Below are positions 29,146 to 37,240 of a stretch of 64,000 bases of DNA, in pieces. Below the pieces are notes generated by a model. That model saw only the letters and a list, made by a program, of their open reading frames with translations, was not told the origin of the DNA and did no database searches. The stretch's first letter is position 1. The number at the start of each line of letters is the position of its first letter. Position numbers and translations under genes: made by a program. The stretch is taken from positions 64,001 to 128,000 of the forward strand of contig JBGARZ010000016.1 in assembly GCA_044229975.1 (NCBI GenBank), read 5' to 3'. Source of the DNA: Polyangiales bacterium (GTDB taxonomy: Bacteria; Myxococcota_A; Polyangia; Polyangiales; Ga0077539).

Positions 29146-32100
29146 CTACTCCGTCGTCGCGACCCCCCACAGCCCCGCCAGCTCCTTCACCCGCGCGTTG
29201 GGCAACCGCCGCGCCCAGAACCGCGCCCGCCGCTCCTCCGACGCGATGCGCCCCGCCACCGCGTCGATGCGCCCGTACGCCGCGGCCAGCGCCGCCACCG
29301 CGCCCGCGCGATCACGCCGCGCGTCCAGCACCTCCGCCAGCGCCAGGTCGGCCACGCCCATGAGCAGCTCGATGTCCCGCGCCGCGCCCTCGATGCGCGC
29401 CGCCTCGCGCGCCACCGCCAACCCCTGAACCACCGCCCCGCGCGCCACCAGCACCCGCGCCAGGAGCGCCATCGCCGACGGTCGCAGATCGCTTACCACC
29501 GTCAGCGCCAGCGCCGCCCGCGCCTGCTCGTCCGCGCCCGCGAGGTCGCCTCTCTCCAACGCCGCCCACCCGACAAACACCCGCACGATGAACGCAAACC
29601 GCGGCACCCCGGTCACCGTCGGCAGCGCCGCGCGCAGCGTCGCCTCCGCGCCCTCCGCTCCCGCCCACAGTTCCATCAGCCCCGTCACGGCGCCCGCGTA
29701 CGCCGTCAGGAAGCCCGACCGCAGACCGTCAGCCTCCACCTTCGCGAGCGCCAGCAGCTCCGCCCCGCGCGCCGCCTCGCCCGACCACGCGTGCAGGCTC
29801 GCGCTGTTGATGCGCGTGAGGCACAGCGCCCGTCGCGCGCCCGCCCGCTCGTACGCCGCGCAGCTCGCGTCGAGCTCTTCGAGGCACCGGTCGACGGCGC
29901 GCGCCCGCAGCCACAGCCCCTCGGCCTGCACGCGGTGCACCCATCCCCCGCGGTACGGATCGAGCGCCTCGGACGGCCGCGTGATCGCCAGCAGCGTCGC
30001 GTACACCTCGCGCAGGTCGCTCGGGTGATGCGCCCAGTAGAGCTGCGTCAGCCCCCGGCACAGCGCCGTCACCTGCGGCCCGCGCGCCTCCTCGCTCGCC
30101 GCCACCGCCGAGCCCGCGCGCAGCAACCACGCGGCCACGTCGTCGTTGCGCCCGCGCTGCCCCAGCGCCCCGATGGCCACCGACACCGCGTCGAACCACG
30201 GCCCGCTCCCCATCTCCAGCGCCTCGGCCGCTTCCGCCGCCCACGCCGATGCCGACTCCAGCTCGCCGCGCCAGAACGCCGCCTCGGCCTGTATCGCCCG
30301 CAGCGCGCCCAGCGCCGACGCCTCGGGTCCGCACGCCGCTGCCTTCTCCGCGAGCATCGATGCGCGCGCGAGGTCGTTGCCGTCGAGCGCCTCCTGCGCC
30401 GCCCGCTGGTAGAACCACGCCGCCCTCGGCCGCGCGTCGCCCTCCTCGAAGTGCCGCGCGAGCGTCGCCGGGTCGGCCTCGCCCATGAACTCCAACCACT
30501 CGCCCGCGAGGCGGTGGGCGTGCGCGCGGTCGCGTTCGGGCAGCGTCGCGTAGGCCGCGTCGCGCACCAGCGCGTGGCGAAACGAGTACTCCGCCTCCGA
30601 GGGGAAGCGCGACCGCGGGCGGCGCACCACCACCTCCTGCGCGACGAGGCGGGCGAAGCGCGCGGCCGCCAGCTCCGACGAGTGACTGCCGCCCAGCAGC
30701 GACGCCACCGCGCTCGGCCAGAACGCCTCCCCAAACACGCTCCCCGCCCGCAGCATCCGCCGGTCGTGGGCGTCGAGGCGATCCATCCTCGCCTGCAACA
30801 TCGCCAGCACCGAGTCCGGAACCACCTCCAGATCGCGCCCGCTCGCCGCCGCGCGCACCAGCTCCTCCAGGTGAAACGGGTGCCCCCCCGAGCGCTCGAC
30901 CAGCGCCCGCAGCAGCTCCTCGCTCGCCCCTTCGCCGAGCACCTCCCTCGCCACCTGCTCCGCCGCCCGCCGCGACAGCGGACCCAGCGCGACCTCCTCC
31001 ACCGACCGACGACTCCACAGCTCGGGGAAGGTCGTTCGCACCTCGGGTCGTGCCGCCGCCACCACCATCAACGGCGCCCCGGCGAGCGCGTCGAGGGCCG
31101 CGTCGAGGAGCTGCACCGAGGGCAGATCGCCCCACTGCAAGTCCTCCACGACGACGATGGTCGGCGCTCGCGCGCACTTCGCGCGCAGCCACGTCACCCA
31201 CGCCTCGCGCACCGCGTCGGCCATTACGGACACGTCCGACCGCGCCGCCTGCAGCGCCGCGCTCGCCTCTGCGTCGGGCACGCGCACCCCGCAGATCTCG
31301 CCGAGAAACTCCGCCACCTCGCGCGCGCGCTCGGCGGGCACAAGACCCGCCACCATCGTCCGAAGGTTCACTCGCTCGGCGTCGACGAGCTGCGACGCGA
31401 GCGCGAAGGGAGAGCCCGCGCGCGACACGTCTCCCCACGCCCGCAGCACCTGAACCCCCGCCCGCCGCACCCCAGCCCCGTGCGCGAACTCATGCAGCAG
31501 CCGCGACTTCCCCATGCCCGGCGCCGCCACGATGAGCACCGCCCGCGCCTTCGGCCCCGCTACACAATCGTCGAAGCCCGCCGCGAGCGCCGCGAGCTCC
31601 CGCTGCCGACCCGCGCACGGCGTCACCCGCCCCAGCACCGTGCGAACCCCCGCGGGCCCATCGCGCATCCCCGTGAGCGTGCGCCACTCACCCACACCTT
31701 CGGCGATGAAGCGATCGTCGAGCAGGTCGGCCGTCGCCGCGTCGAGTCGCACGCCCGCTCCGTCGGCGCCGCGCGACTGCATCGCCGTGAGCGCGGCCGC
31801 TGCTCGGTCGATGACCTCGCCCACCTGGAGGCTCCCGCTCACCACCACGCGGCCCGTCGCCACCACCTGGCATGACCCCACGCGCAGCGCCGCGAGCGTC
31901 AACGCGCACCGCGCGGCCAGCACCGCCTGCTCCGACGGCGAGGCGCCGCGGACGGTGATGAGGCGCGTTCCGTCGGCGAGCACCGCGAGCGAGCCGCCGA
32001 TGTCGCGCACCGCCTCGGCCAGCGCCCGGTGCCGCGCCGACAAGAACCTCCCCGACGACGCCACCACCGCGCCGCCCACCGTGGGCATCACCGGCCGCTC

Positions 32101-33033
32101 CACCGACGGCGCCTTCACGCGCGCACCGTCCACGCTCAACACCACGCTGGTCACCCGCTGCTCGCGCGACGACACCGCCGGGATGAGCCGCGGCGTCGAC
32201 GTGTCCGACGCGCGCAGTCCCTCCAGCGCGTCGAGCAGCGCGGCGGCGTCGGCGGGGCGCTTCGCCGGGTCCTTGGTGAGCATGCGCGCCACCAGCTCCG
32301 CCACGTGAACCGGAACCTCCGTCAGCTCGGGCGCGTCTTCGAGCATCACCTTGGCGAGCACCGCCAGCACGCTCGCGCCCGCGAACACCTGCTTCCCCGC
32401 GAGGCATCGGTAGAGCACCGCGCCCAGCGAGTACACGTCCGCCCGCGCGTCCACGCGCTCGCCGCGAACCTGCTCCGGTGCCATGTACGCGGGCGTCCCC
32501 AACAGAACTCCGGGCGACGAGATGCGGTCGTCGGAGGCCGCGAGCGCGAGGCCGAAGTCCACCACCTTCACCGCGTCGAAGCGCCCATCCACCAGGAAGA
32601 GATTCCCCGGCTTCAGGTCGCGATGAACCACCCCCTGCCGGTGCGCCACCGCCAGCGCCTCGCACGCCAGGCGCACCACCGCGAGCGCGTTGCCGACCGT
32701 CAACGCACCACGCTGGAGGGCCGCCTCCAGGTCTTCGCCGACGAGCCACTCCATGACGAGGAAGGCCCCGTCCTCCTCGTCGACGCCGTAGTCGAGGTAC
32801 TGCACCACGCCGGGGTGACGCAGCGACGCGAGCACGGCGGCCTCGCGGGCGAAGCGGTCCTCGTTGGGGCTGTCGGCGTGCAGGAGCTTGAGCGCCACCA
32901 CCCGCCCGCTCTCGACCTCCACGGCCCGGTACACGCTCCCGCCGCCGCCCGACCCCGCGAGGGCGACGACCTCGAAGCGCCCGGCGACGAGCGTTCCGGG
33001 CGCGAGGCTCTGCGTCGACGTGCTCACGTGCAT
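29146..33033 (-). CDS. Ser/Thr kinase - degenerate cyclase-like - AAA ATPase - TPR protein
   Basis: VALK, HRDLKPGN, DFG, APE; Walker A AAPGMGKS; VVVEDLQWGD; SGGHPFHLEEL; FRHALVRDAAY. Start at 33033 avoids overlap with the decarboxylase. Confidence 0.9.
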   Translation of the reverse strand: MHVSTSTQSLAPGTLVAGRFEVVALAGSGGGGSVYRAVEVESGRVVALKLLHADSPNEDRFAREAAVLASLRHPGVVQYLDYGVDEEDGAFLVMEWLVGEDLEAALQRGALTVGNALAVVRLACEALAVAHRQGVVHRDLKPGNLFLVDGRFDAVKVVDFGLALAASDDRISSPGVLLGTPAYMAPEQVRGERVDARADVYSLGAVLYRCLAGKQVFAGASVLAVLAKVMLEDAPELTEVPVHVAELVARMLTKDPAKRPADAAALLDALEGLRASDTSTPRLIPAVSSREQRVTSVVLSVDGARVKAPSVERPVMPTVGGAVVASSGRFLSARHRALAEAVRDIGGSLAVLADGTRLITVRGASPSEQAVLAARCALTLAALRVGSCQVVATGRVVVSGSLQVGEVIDRAAAALTAMQSRGADGAGVRLDAATADLLDDRFIAEGVGEWRTLTGMRDGPAGVRTVLGRVTPCAGRQRELAALAAGFDDCVAGPKARAVLIVAAPGMGKSRLLHEFAHGAGVRRAGVQVLRAWGDVSRAGSPFALASQLVDAERVNLRTMVAGLVPAERAREVAEFLGEICGVRVPDAEASAALQAARSDVSVMADAVREAWVTWLRAKCARAPTIVVVEDLQWGDLPSVQLLDAALDALAGAPLMVVAAARPEVRTTFPELWSRRSVEEVALGPLSRRAAEQVAREVLGEGASEELLRALVERSGGHPFHLEELVRAAASGRDLEVVPDSVLAMLQARMDRLDAHDRRMLRAGSVFGEAFWPSAVASLLGGSHSSELAAARFARLVAQEVVVRRPRSRFPSEAEYSFRHALVRDAAYATLPERDRAHAHRLAGEWLEFMGEADPATLARHFEEGDARPRAAWFYQRAAQEALDGNDLARASMLAEKAAACGPEASALGALRAIQAEAAFWRGELESASAWAAEAAEALEMGSGPWFDAVSVAIGALGQRGRNDDVAAWLLRAGSAVAASEEARGPQVTALCRGLTQLYWAHHPSDLREVYATLLAITRPSEALDPYRGGWVHRVQAEGLWLRARAVDRCLEELDASCAAYERAGARRALCLTRINSASLHAWSGEAARGAELLALAKVEADGLRSGFLTAYAGAVTGLMELWAGAEGAEATLRAALPTVTGVPRFAFIVRVFVGWAALERGDLAGADEQARAALALTVVSDLRPSAMALLARVLVARGAVVQGLAVAREAARIEGAARDIELLMGVADLALAEVLDARRDRAGAVAALAAAYGRIDAVAGRIASEERRARFWARRLPNARVKELAGLWGVATTE

Positions 33034-33052
33034 CGGTAGGCCCGCGACCAAT

Positions 33053-34414
33053 CTACCCGAGCGCGGCCACGAGCGCGTCGATGTCCTCCTCCGTCGTCGC
33101 GGGATTGGCCACACACGCCCGCAGCGCCGGCCACCGGTCGGCCACCCGTGTGTCCGACACCCACGCCACGCCCTCGCGCCGCAGCCGCGCGGCCTCCTTC
33201 GCGGCCACCACCTTGCCGCGCCGCATCGCCTCGCTCGCGAAGCACACCACCGGCAGCGGCCCCTCTCCGAAGAGCGTCCACCCCTTCGCGCGCAACGCCA
33301 CTCGCAGCCGCTCACCCAGCGCCGCACACCGCTCGATGCGCCGCGCCACGCCGTCCCACCCTTCGGCCGCCAGCAGCGCAAACACCTTCAGCCCGCTCGC
33401 CCGCCGCGACCACTGGAGCGTCGTCGCGTAGGGGTGATCGCCCCCCGGCAGGTACGACACCTCCACCTCGAAGACCGCGCGTGCGAGCGATGCGTGCCGC
33501 GAGAAGAACATCCCCGCACCCTGCGCCGCCCCCAGCCACTTGTGCGCGTCCCAGGTGAGCGAGTCGGCGCGGGCGATGCCGTTGAGACACGGCGCGAGCG
33601 TGGGCGAGAGCAGCGCCCCGGCGCCCCACGCGCCGTCGACGTGCAGCCACAGGTCTTCCTCGGCGGCGAGGGTTGCGAGCGCGGGCAGCGGGTCGATGGC
33701 GCCGGTGCTGGTGGTGCCCGCAGTCGCGACGACCATCAATGGACGACGGCCCTGGGCGCGGTCGTCGGCGATGGCTCGGCGGAGGGCACGCACACTCATG
33801 CGGAGCGAGCGGTCGCACTCGACGACGCGGCACGCGTTGCGACCGAGCCCGGCGACCTGCACCGCTCTCACGACCGACCCGTGGGCCTCGGCCGATCGGT
33901 ACACCACTGGGCTCACGCCGAGCGACGCGACACCGTCGTCGACGCTCTGCGGGAAGGCGCGGGCGAGCGCAAAGAGAACGGCCGTGAGGTTGGCCTCGGC
34001 GCCGCCGGTGGTGAAGGTGGCGTGGGGGGCGTCGGTCCAGCCGATGCGGGCGGCGAGGGCGCGCAGGACGTGGCGTTCGATTTCGACGGCCATGGGGGCG
34101 GCGCCCCACACGGCGAGGGAGGGGTTGTGCAGCGCGACGAGGGCGTCGGCCGCGACGCCGCCCGGGTCGACGCGCGGTTGGAAGAGACCGAAGTGGCGCG
34201 GGTGGGCGGCGTCGATGCCGGTGGTGGAGAGCCAGGTGTGGAGCGCGGCGATCCAGTCGGCGTCGGCGACGGGCGTGCGGAAGTCCCACGCGGCGAGGGC
34301 GGCGCGGGCGACGGTGGGTGGTGGAACGTGGGAGAGGGGGCGGTCTCGGGCGGCGGTGATCCAGGCGTCGGCCTGGTCACGCAGCGCGAGGAGGAGCGGG
34401 AGCAGTTCGCTCAG
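33053..34414 (-). CDS. Group II PLP-dependent amino-acid decarboxylase (probable CTG start)
   Basis: HPRHFGLF, FTTGGAEAN, ATAGTTSTGAIDPL, WLHVDGAWG, DSLTWDAHKWL. Family-like sequence extends about 100 codons upstream of the first ATG/GTG/TTG. Confidence 0.88.
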   Translation of the reverse strand: MSELLPLLLALRDQADAWITAARDRPLSHVPPPTVARAALAAWDFRTPVADADWIAALHTWLSTTGIDAAHPRHFGLFQPRVDPGGVAADALVALHNPSLAVWGAAPMAVEIERHVLRALAARIGWTDAPHATFTTGGAEANLTAVLFALARAFPQSVDDGVASLGVSPVVYRSAEAHGSVVRAVQVAGLGRNACRVVECDRSLRMSVRALRRAIADDRAQGRRPLMVVATAGTTSTGAIDPLPALATLAAEEDLWLHVDGAWGAGALLSPTLAPCLNGIARADSLTWDAHKWLGAAQGAGMFFSRHASLARAVFEVEVSYLPGGDHPYATTLQWSRRASGLKVFALLAAEGWDGVARRIERCAALGERLRVALRAKGWTLFGEGPLPVVCFASEAMRRGKVVAAKEAARLRREGVAWVSDTRVADRWPALRACVANPATTEEDIDALVAALG

Positions 34415-34794
34415 GCGGACTTGGCCTTGCGGGCCTTGGCGGTGTTGGCGGGCTTCTTCGGGCGGGCGCGGCGCTCGGCGGCCTTGAGGTGATCCCAGAG
34501 GCGGGGGAGGGGGTGGCGCTCCAGGGAGGTCTTGTAGTCGGCGTCCTTGCCATGGCCTTCGGCGGTGGCGATGGCGCCGATGAGCTCCGCGCGGGTCGCG
34601 AAGCGCTTGGACACGTCGGTGAGGATCGTGTGGAGGCGGATGAGCTGACGGTTGGAGAGGCGGGCCCAGCCGTTCTCCTTGTCGGCGAAGCGGTCGGTCC
34701 AGAGGGCCTCGGTGGCGAGGGCCTTCACCTTGTCGACGAGCTCGGTCTTGGAAGCGGCGAGCGAGCGGGCCTTGGCGATGGGAGCGGATGACAT
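34411..34794 (-). CDS. Small basic hypothetical protein (myxobacterial type)
   Basis: AAAGGA RBS; ATG 34794; strong codon bias; Lys/Ala-rich tail. Confidence 0.75.
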   Translation of the reverse strand: MSSAPIAKARSLAASKTELVDKVKALATEALWTDRFADKENGWARLSNRQLIRLHTILTDVSKRFATRAELIGAIATAEGHGKDADYKTSLERHPLPRLWDHLKAAERRARPKKPANTAKARKAKSA

Positions 34795-34957
34795 GATCGT
34801 GGGTGTCCTTTTTGTGCGCGGGGGGTCGCTACTGACCATGCCGCTGAAGGGGCTGTGCGGGTATCACGGGCCGTCGCGGGGGCGCAAGGGGCCCAGCCGC
34901 GCTCCAGCGCCGCAGGTGACAGTCGCCTCCCCCGCGTGGCATCACCCCGCCACCGCC

Positions 34958-36172
34958 ATGAACCTCCTCCCCGCCCGCAACGCTTCGCGCCCCGGTGACG
35001 ACCCGATCTTCGCGCTCAACCGCGAGGCCACGCAGCGCAAGGCGGCGGGCGAGCGTGTCATCAACGCCACCGTCGGCGCCCTGCTCGAAGACGACGGTCG
35101 GCTCGCCGTTCTACCCTCCGTGACCGACGCCATCCGCGAGGTCGCCCCGCTCAAGGCCGCGGGCTACGCGCCCATCGCCGGCGCCCCCGAGTTTCTCAAC
35201 GCCGTCATCCACGACCTCCTCGGCGGAACCTCCCTCGCCGAAAACGCCACCGCCTGCTCCACGCCGGGCGGAACGGGCGCTCTTCGTCATGCCGTCTCGA
35301 CCTTTCTGGAGCGGGGCCAGTCTCTGCTCACCTCCTCGTTCTTCTGGGGCCCCTACGGGACCATCTGCGACGAGCACGAGCGCACGCTGACGACGTTTCC
35401 GATGTTCGCGGCCAACGGTGGCTTCGACATCGACGGCTTCGTGAAGGGCCTCGACGAGACGGCGGCGAAGCAGGGGCGGGTGCTCGTGTTTCTCAACGAC
35501 CCCTGCCACAACCCGACGGGCTACTCGATGACCGCGGCCGAGTGGACGGGCGTCTCCGGCGCGCTCGCGGACGTCGCGAAGCGCGTGCCGACGACGGTGC
35601 TCGCCGACGTGGCGTACCTCGCGTATGCGCGGGACACGCGGTCGTTTCTCAAGCACCTGGAGCCGCTGGCCGAGCGGGCGGCGGTGTTGTTCGCGTGGTC
35701 GGGGAGCAAGGCGTTCACGCAGTACGGGGCGCGCATCGGGGCGCTGGTGGCGTGCACGCACGACGCCGCGCAGCGCGACGCGATGCAGCGGGCGCTCGCG
35801 TGGGCGTGCCGCGGGACGTGGAGCAACTGCAACGCGGCGGGGCAGTACGCGGTGGCGCGGTGCCTGACGGACGCGACGCTCAAGGCGAAGGTCGACGGCG
35901 AGCGCGAGGTGCTGCGGGCGTTGCTGGATGCGCGGGTGACGGCGTTCAACAAGGCGGCGGAGGGGACGGTGCTGCGGTATCCGCGGTACGACGGCGGGTT
36001 CTTCGTGACGGTGTTTTCGGACAACGCGAAGAGCGACGCGGAGAAGCTGAAGGCGCGCGGGGTGTTCGTGGTTCCGTCGGCGGGCGCGCTGCGGGTGGCG
36101 CTGTGCTCGGTGGCCCAGGCGGACGTCGCGACGGTGGTGGGCGCGATCGATGAGGTGTTGCGCGGGGGGTGA
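34958..36172 (+). CDS. Class I/II PLP-dependent aminotransferase
   Basis: INATVG, TPGGTGAL, NDPCHNPTGYS, DVAY, SGSKAFTQYGARIG. Confidence 0.92.
   Translation: MNLLPARNASRPGDDPIFALNREATQRKAAGERVINATVGALLEDDGRLAVLPSVTDAIREVAPLKAAGYAPIAGAPEFLNAVIHDLLGGTSLAENATACSTPGGTGALRHAVSTFLERGQSLLTSSFFWGPYGTICDEHERTLTTFPMFAANGGFDIDGFVKGLDETAAKQGRVLVFLNDPCHNPTGYSMTAAEWTGVSGALADVAKRVPTTVLADVAYLAYARDTRSFLKHLEPLAERAAVLFAWSGSKAFTQYGARIGALVACTHDAAQRDAMQRALAWACRGTWSNCNAAGQYAVARCLTDATLKAKVDGEREVLRALLDARVTAFNKAAEGTVLRYPRYDGGFFVTVFSDNAKSDAEKLKARGVFVVPSAGALRVALCSVAQADVATVVGAIDEVLRGG
36085..36172 (+). repeat. Direct repeat copy 1 (last 29 codons of the aminotransferase, including the stop)
   Basis: 80/88 identical to 37143-37230, ungapped. 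Confidence 0.92.
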
Positions 36173-36175
36173 CGG

Positions 36176-37084
36176 TCAGCGCCCGAGGCGCGTGCGGATG
36201 CGGGCCTGGGCGTCTTCGGGCAGCGTCGCGAGGTAGTCCGCCGGGAGCGCGCGAAGGGCCGTGTCGGGCAGCGCGAGCACGCGGTCGGCCTCCGAGAGAC
36301 CGGCGAGGTCATCGGGCGTGATGGCCGCGAGTCGCAGTTCGAGGGGAATGACGGCGAGGAGATCGCGCAGCGCCTGGTCGGCGGCGTCTTTGACGAGGGT
36401 GGCGTCCTTCATGATGGCCTTCCAGCGTGGGTCGGTAGCGAGCTGGGTGATTCCCTGGAGGAGACGGTAGTACAGCTCCCGCTCCCTGTCATCGAGGGCG
36501 CGCGGCTGCGCGGGTGCTTGCAGGCACGCTGGCGACACCGCGTACAGCAGGTGCTCGCCGGGGTTGGGCCACGCCACGCTCGTCTCCACTACGCGCAGCG
36601 CGAAGCCCTGCACGCTCCCAACGTGCACGCCTCGCGCGTCGGTCACCGTGAGCACCGCTCCGAGCGCTTCGAGCTGCGCGCGGAAGCGGGGCGTCAGCGT
36701 CGGGGCCACGACGCGGAACGCGACATCGCCCGGCGAATGCAGACCTTCGAGCGCCATGTACTGGTAGGCATAGGAGAGCAGTTGCAACGCGTCGGCGCGT
36801 TCGAGCGCGTCTGTTGCGCCCTTGAAGTGCACGAGGTTGTGCTCGTGCAGATCGTCGAGCACGCTGCGCAGGTACTCGGCCTGCCAGTCGACGGTCACCC
36901 CGACGCGCCGCACCACCACCGCGTCGATGCGGCGAGGCTCGCGGGTCAGCGCGTACTCCGCTACCACGTGCCAGAGGTCGCGCGGCAGGAGAAGCTCCAA
37001 CAGCAGGATGAGCAGTGGGTGCCACGCCGTTCGAAGGTGAACCGCGTCGCTGAGCGGGTCAGCGGGTGGTGGAGTGGGCTCCAT
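36176..37084 (-). CDS. PD-(D/E)XK nuclease-like protein, Rpn/YhgA-like architecture
   Basis: WHPLL..AEYAL..EPRRIDAVVVRR..HNLVHFKG N-terminal domain; helical C-terminal tail with LAGL/LALP repeats. Confidence 0.6.
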   Translation of the reverse strand: MEPTPPPADPLSDAVHLRTAWHPLLILLLELLLPRDLWHVVAEYALTREPRRIDAVVVRRVGVTVDWQAEYLRSVLDDLHEHNLVHFKGATDALERADALQLLSYAYQYMALEGLHSPGDVAFRVVAPTLTPRFRAQLEALGAVLTVTDARGVHVGSVQGFALRVVETSVAWPNPGEHLLYAVSPACLQAPAQPRALDDRERELYYRLLQGITQLATDPRWKAIMKDATLVKDAADQALRDLLAVIPLELRLAAITPDDLAGLSEADRVLALPDTALRALPADYLATLPEDAQARIRTRLGR

Positions 37085-37090
37085 CGCGCG

Positions 37091-37120
37091 CCTCTACTCA
37101 CGCCGCGAGCGGACGTGCAA
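37091..37120 (-). promoter_or_regulatory. Sigma70-like promoter candidate giving a leaderless transcript
   Basis: Minus strand TTGCAC-N18-TAGAGG-N6-ATG; no clear separate Shine-Dalgarno. Confidence 0.4.
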
Positions 37121-37142
37121 GCTGGGTACGCCAGGGAATGTC

Positions 37143-37230
37143 CGCGCTGCGGGTGACACCGTGCTCGGTGGCCCAGGTGGACGTGGCCACGATGGTGGGC
37201 GCGATCGATGAGGTGTTGCGCGCGGGGTGA
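37143..37230 (+). pseudogene. Direct repeat copy 2: orphan duplicate of the aminotransferase 3' end
   Basis: Reads ALRVTPCSVAQVDVATMVGAIDEVLRAG* versus ALRVALCSVAQADVATVVGAIDEVLRGG*. Confidence 0.9.
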
Positions 37231-37240
37231 GCGGGTCGCT

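Noticed and set aside
33034..33381. N-terminal extension of the kinase-ATPase to 1411 aa
   Set aside because: It overlaps the decarboxylase in another frame; kinase-like sequence begins after Met at 33033.
36173..37142. Classical IS element or prophage att site
   Set aside because: No DDE, HUH, tyrosine or serine recombinase motifs and no terminal inverted repeats seen; 88 bp is far longer than an IS target duplication.
36085..37230. Diversity-generating retroelement TR/VR pair
   Set aside because: No reverse transcriptase in the window, and most of the 8 mismatches do not involve adenine.
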